Shown here in pieces: positions 59,636 through 64,000 of a DNA stretch of 64,000 nt. How positions within the stretch are numbered: position 1 is the first letter of the stretch; every line of letters starts with the position of its first letter. The stretch covers positions 1 through 64,000 of the forward strand of contig JBHLON010000018.1 in the NCBI GenBank assembly GCA_048940445.1. The letters are read 5' to 3'. The translations under genes and the position numbers were made by a program. The stretch comes from Promethearchaeota archaeon. Lineage in GTDB: Archaea > Asgardarchaeota > Lokiarchaeia > Sigyniarchaeales > SOKP01. The notes under the pieces are model-generated. The model worked only from the letters and a program-made list of their open reading frames with translations, was not told the origin of the DNA and searched no databases.

Positions 59636-61744
59636 TCATAAAGCAATTAAACCCACTATGAAAATTGGGGCAAATGCAATCGATACCGTATTAATTACCT
59701 TGACTAAAATATGAAGAGATGGACCAGCAGTATCTTTTAATGGGTCACCAAATGTATCTCCTACAATAGAAGCAGCATGAGCTATAGAACCCTTTCCACC
59801 TAAAAGGCCCCCTTCAATAGCTTTTTTAGCATTATCAAGGGCACCTCCACCAGTATTTAACACGAATCCTAAAATTATACCGGATACTGTTCCAGATATA
59901 ATAAAGGCTGCTAAAGCAACTGGACCGAATAAAAATCCAATAGCAAGAGGAGTCAGAGTGGGTAACAGTGCTGGAAAAATCATTTGTTTTAATGCTACTT
60001 TGGTACCAGTATCAATACACTTAGCATAATCGGGTAATGATCTATTTTCAAGTATTCCCGGATCTTCTTTAAATTGGCGTTGTATTTCTTTAATCATTCC
60101 AGAAGCTGCTACCCCTGCGGCTCTAATTGCAAATGCTGAAAACACAAATGGAATCACTGCGCCAAGCAATAATGAACACAAAATGATTGGATCAACAATA
60201 TTTACAATTTCATCCTTAATTTCGTCTAAATATGCTTCAAATAAAATTATAGCAGACAATGCAGCACAAGTAATACCAAAACCCTTTGCTAATGCTTTAG
60301 TTGTATTACCAACAGCATCTAGTCTATCTAAATTATATCGTACTTTTTCTCCTTGATGTGACATTTCTGCTATTCCAGCAGCATTATCAGATACTGGTCC
60401 AAATCCATCAAAAGCTAAGATTATCGTTGTAATTGACAATAAACCCATTGTTGAAATAGTTATCCCAAAGACACCACCTAAATAGTCATTTAAACCGGTC
60501 AATCTACCAAATAGAATGCCAAGAAAAAAGCTAAGAACGATTCCTACTACAAATGAGATTATTGGGATGGTAGGGGATTCTAAACCAAGTGACAATCCGC
60601 TAATTACATTCGTTGCTGAACCTGTTTCGGAACTTTTAATTACATGCTTTACAGGTTTATATCTCGAAGAGGTGTAATAATCTACTATATAATATGTTGA
60701 TAAACCCAAAAATATTCCTAAAACTGAGCAGGTAAACAAGTAATACCATCCTATTGGAAAGGAAATCAATGTCAAAATCAAGAAAAAGATGATATTGAAA
60801 ATCGCTGTAGCAATGAGACTTCTAGCAAACGCAGCGATAGGAGATTTATCTTTTTCTTTAATCTTTACAAAAAAACCTCCAAATATACCACCGATATTTC
60901 CTAATGCTCTTGATATTAAGGAAAAAATTATAAATAATGGATTGTTAGTAGCTGCACTTAATACTACTCCGATTATCATAGCAGCGATGTTATTCGCTGA
61001 TGAAGATTCATAGAGATCAGCGCCTCTACCTGCACAATCTCCGACATTATCTCCAACATTGTCTGCTATAGCAGCGGGATTACGTATATCGTCCTCAGGT
61101 AACCCATGTTCTAGTTTTCCTACTAAATCTGCTCCAATATCTGCTCCTTTTGTAAATATTCCTCCTCCTAATTGAGCAAATAATGCTGAGAAAGAGGCTC
61201 CAAAAGCAAATCCAACAATGTTTTGAGTAGTAAAATTAAATACGAGATATAAAACACTTATACCTAATAATGATATAGAGATCACTGAAACTCCAATAAT
61301 CATCCCTGCATTAAATCCTATCTTCAAAGCGCTATTTAAATCACTTTTACAAGCCTGTGTTACTTTCACATTTGATAATGTGGATGCAACCATACTGATA
61401 TAACTTGCAATCAGAGAAGAAACTGCTCCAATTAAAAAAGAAATAGAAATAGAAAAAAGTATAGGGACTACAAAGGAAAAACTAAAAAGTAAAGCAAAAA
61501 GAATTACCAATACTATAGCAATTGTTTTAAATTGCCTTTTTAGATATGCGTTAGATCCTAGCTTTATTAAATCGTGGATCTTTATCATTTCTTCAGACCC
61601 ATTGTCTAAATGCGATAATTTTCTCATTAGATAAATTATATAAATCAACCCAATAATAGATAATATTATCCCCAATAAAAAAAAGAGCCAATATAGCGTG
61701 ACTATTGGAATACTAACACCACTTAAATCAAAATCTTGAAACAT
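59636..61744 (-). CDS. hppA: membrane-integral H+-translocating pyrophosphatase, K+-independent type
   Basis: GGIFTKGADIGADLVGK.E, EDDIRNP, DNVGDNVGD, GNTTKA, GDTFGDPLKDT.GPS. Confidence 0.95.
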   Translation of the reverse strand: MFQDFDLSGVSIPIVTLYWLFFLLGIILSIIGLIYIIYLMRKLSHLDNGSEEMIKIHDLIKLGSNAYLKRQFKTIAIVLVILFALLFSFSFVVPILFSISISFLIGAVSSLIASYISMVASTLSNVKVTQACKSDLNSALKIGFNAGMIIGVSVISISLLGISVLYLVFNFTTQNIVGFAFGASFSALFAQLGGGIFTKGADIGADLVGKLEHGLPEDDIRNPAAIADNVGDNVGDCAGRGADLYESSSANNIAAMIIGVVLSAATNNPLFIIFSLISRALGNIGGIFGGFFVKIKEKDKSPIAAFARSLIATAIFNIIFFLILTLISFPIGWYYLFTCSVLGIFLGLSTYYIVDYYTSSRYKPVKHVIKSSETGSATNVISGLSLGLESPTIPIISFVVGIVLSFFLGILFGRLTGLNDYLGGVFGITISTMGLLSITTIILAFDGFGPVSDNAAGIAEMSHQGEKVRYNLDRLDAVGNTTKALAKGFGITCAALSAIILFEAYLDEIKDEIVNIVDPIILCSLLLGAVIPFVFSAFAIRAAGVAASGMIKEIQRQFKEDPGILENRSLPDYAKCIDTGTKVALKQMIFPALLPTLTPLAIGFLFGPVALAAFIISGTVSGIILGFVLNTGGGALDNAKKAIEGGLLGGKGSIAHAASIVGDTFGDPLKDTAGPSLHILVKVINTVSIAFAPIFIVGLIAL

Positions 61745-62012
61745 TTTTCTTTCAATTTTAATTGTATATTTTACTTTAATTCAGATGGGAAACCTTTTAA
61801 ATAATCTCATAAAATTTTATAAATCTCTCTGAATTTGAATAAATCAATCTTCAGTATTACTATATAATCTTTTGTTCATCATTTTATTATTACAAGTTAA
61901 AATTTCTAATTATTTTTAAATTATATCAATTATCCATATTTTACAAATTTTTCAAATAAGAATTTTCAATTTTATTTTTTTAAGGAATATTCTTATTAAA
62001 CTAAAAATCATT

Positions 62013-63767
62013 TTGATCTTAATTATTCAAAAACTACTTTCAAGGTGTAATATAAAAATTACTAATAATGAAAAAAACCAGGAGATAGCTTATTTCTCTA
62101 TGGAAATAGCATTAGAAAGCAGTGTTCCAATCTATTCAGGTGGTTTAGGTATTTTAGCTGGAGATGCACTTCGTTCTGCAGCAGATATGGGGATACCTAT
62201 AGTTGCCATTACTTTAACATACGATGCGGGTTACTTTTATCAGCAGATTAGCCCAGATGGAAGTCAAATTGAGAAAGAAATGGAGTGGAATTTTAGCGAC
62301 GATTTTGAAAAAATAGACCAACAAGTATCTCTTGAACTACAGGACAAACTACTTAAAGTAGAGGCATGGAAGTATGAAATACTTGGAAGAAATGGTCATA
62401 AAGTGCCAATAATCTTATTAGATACTGATCTTGATAAGAATGAACCATGGCAACGGAAATTAACGCATATGTTATATGATGCTAATCCATTTCAAAGAAT
62501 AGCCCAAGAGATGGTTTTGGGTATATGTGGTTATAAAATGTTAGAAAAATTGGGATATAATCGCATAAAGACATATCATTTGAATGAAGGACATGCTGCT
62601 TTTCTAATATTCGAGCTTCTAAAGAAATATAATTCATTAGATGAGGCTAAAAAACACTGTGTATTTACAACACACACTCCAGTTAGAGCAGGCCTTGAGG
62701 AATTTGATTACAACTTGGTTCGCGATGTATTTAGAGAGAGGTTACCAGAAAAAATTCAGGATTTTGCTGGAAAGAATGTTCTTAATATGACTATCTTAGC
62801 TTTAAATGGAAGTAGATTTGTGAATGCAGTCTCAAAAAAACATACTGAAGTTTCAACTAAAATGTTTCCAGATTACAGAATAAATACTATTACAAATGGA
62901 GTTCATGCTGGATATTGGATGTCATCTTATATGAGAAATTTTTTAAATGAAGAACTAGGAAGAGAATGGCACCACAATTTAAATTTATTTAACCAAGCTA
63001 TAAATTTAGATAATTATGAATTATGGAGAACTCATACTAAAGCAAAGCGTAATCTCATTAAATATGAAAAAGCTAATTCATGGATATTATTCGATGAAAA
63101 GTTATTAACTATTGGATTTAGTCGCAGAATGGCAGAATATAAACGACCACTTTTAATATTTACTGACGTTGAGCGATTAGCTAAGATCATAAAAGGACGG
63201 GCACAATTAGTTTTTGCTGGAAAAGCACATCCTGCGGATTCGCATTCGAAATCTTATATAAAGAAAATTTTTGAATACAGCGATTACTTATGGCATTCAT
63301 ACGGGATTGGTTTAGTGTTTTTAGAAAATTATGGAATTGCATTAGCAAAATTATTAGTAAGCGGAGTTGATGTATGGTTGAACAACCCTAGGAGGTATTT
63401 GGAAGCGAGTGGAACAAGTGGGATGAAAGCTGCTATTAATGGGGTCTTAAATTTCTCCACATTAGACGGTTGGTGGATAGAAGGCTATCACTTGTCTAAT
63501 AAAAAGGCAGGTTGGGCGATAGGTCCAGAACCTTCCGATCCAAAATCAAACATTAATGATGATCGGTTGGATGCTGAAGACTTGTATCATAAATTAGAAA
63601 ATGAAATAATACCATTATATTATCAAAATAAAACCGAGTGGCAGCAGAGAATGAAGTATGCTATAAAATTAGGAGCTTATTTCAACACAAACCGCATGAT
63701 GGAAGAATATGCTTTAAATTCTTATAAATTAGTAAAACAACCTTTATGGAAAAGCAGTATAAGTTGA
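62013..63767 (+). CDS. glgP: alpha-glucan (glycogen/maltodextrin) phosphorylase
   Basis: AYFSME, YSGGLGILAGD, HLNEGH, FTTHTP, TNGVH, RR..YKR, EASGTSGMKAA (PLP-Lys); exact start uncertain. Confidence 0.95.
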   Translation: MILIIQKLLSRCNIKITNNEKNQEIAYFSMEIALESSVPIYSGGLGILAGDALRSAADMGIPIVAITLTYDAGYFYQQISPDGSQIEKEMEWNFSDDFEKIDQQVSLELQDKLLKVEAWKYEILGRNGHKVPIILLDTDLDKNEPWQRKLTHMLYDANPFQRIAQEMVLGICGYKMLEKLGYNRIKTYHLNEGHAAFLIFELLKKYNSLDEAKKHCVFTTHTPVRAGLEEFDYNLVRDVFRERLPEKIQDFAGKNVLNMTILALNGSRFVNAVSKKHTEVSTKMFPDYRINTITNGVHAGYWMSSYMRNFLNEELGREWHHNLNLFNQAINLDNYELWRTHTKAKRNLIKYEKANSWILFDEKLLTIGFSRRMAEYKRPLLIFTDVERLAKIIKGRAQLVFAGKAHPADSHSKSYIKKIFEYSDYLWHSYGIGLVFLENYGIALAKLLVSGVDVWLNNPRRYLEASGTSGMKAAINGVLNFSTLDGWWIEGYHLSNKKAGWAIGPEPSDPKSNINDDRLDAEDLYHKLENEIIPLYYQNKTEWQQRMKYAIKLGAYFNTNRMMEEYALNSYKLVKQPLWKSSIS

Positions 63768-63795
63768 TCTAATTAAAAAATTCTTGAATATCTAT

Positions 63796-64000
63796 ATGTT
63801 TTCTTTAGAAGATACTGAAAATGGATTAGACACAACTCAAATTCTAAAAAGACTTAATAGGTATGGCTACAATGAAATAATTTCTAAAAAACCAAACCTA
63901 GTGTTACAATTTCTAAGAAAATTTTTAGGATTTACTCCTTTAATGCTATTTATTACAATTTTGCTAGAGATTGTTATAGGTAAATATTATGAAGCATATT
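63796..64000 (+). CDS. P-type ATPase N-terminus, probably type IIIA H+-ATPase (truncated by window end)
   Basis: not in the ORF track; translates MFSLEDTENGLDTTQILKRLNRYGYNEIISKKPNLVLQFLRKFLGFTPLML, matching the GL...RL..YG.NEI..KK.N..L.FL..F.G pattern. Confidence 0.8.
   Translation, partial: MFSLEDTENGLDTTQILKRLNRYGYNEIISKKPNLVLQFLRKFLGFTPLMLFITILLEIVIGKYYEAY

Noticed and set aside
657-61013. Many short ORFs antisense to or overlapping long genes (e.g. 6128..6412, 6799..7107, 9489..11160 set, 38252..38626, 44596..44880, 49073..49507, 58689..58946, 60789..61013)
   Set aside because: They lie within well-supported genes on the opposite strand and have no recognisable motifs; they are shadow ORFs.
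62044-62060. Possible ATA/ATT start for glgP after AGGTG
   Set aside because: Spacing (3 or 9 nt) does not match the 6-nt pattern, and an in-frame TTG exists upstream. Left as an uncertain start.
1-64000. CRISPR arrays, tRNA/rRNA genes, IS elements, integrases, defence systems
   Set aside because: I saw no regularly spaced repeats, no GC-rich structured intergenic segments, and no transposase, integrase or nuclease motifs. This is a by-eye scan only.

Overview
This is a gene-dense, AT-rich archaeal window. It most likely comes from an Asgard archaeon (Lokiarchaeia-like), judging from four small Ras-superfamily GTPases, longin/roadblock/V4R-type domains, RING and TPR proteins, CdhA, RadA, EndA and a TFB paralogue. 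All assignments are by-eye motif recognition; no searches were run. Main blocks: (1) scattered alpha-glucan and sugar-nucleotide genes (maltokinase, GalT-like, NDP-sugar pyrophosphorylase, large GH13, degenerate PGM/PMM, glucan phosphorylase); (2) a 3.8-15.3 kb region rich in eukaryote-signature-like proteins around a stand-alone cdhA; (3) an A/V-type ATPase operon in the unusual order K-C-G-F-E-A-B-D-I, followed by a second subunit A whose catalytic GERGNE motif reads GEPGNE; (4) DUF47 plus two VIT1/CCC1 genes, and a 2-hydroxyacyl-CoA dehydratase system; (5) a regulatory island (S2P, USP, TFB, Lrp, ArsR, Rag-like GTPase, response regulator), then a K+-independent H+-PPase and the start of a P-type ATPase. 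The best candidate for a new system is a response regulator whose output domain resembles the folliculin (FLCN) longin/uDENN domain, including the Arg-finger position, encoded just downstream of a Rag-like GTPase. That suggests a two-component-controlled GAP. Three genes appear to start at ATT/ATA codons 6 nt after a GGTGA Shine-Dalgarno. I saw no rRNA, tRNA, CRISPR array or mobile element.
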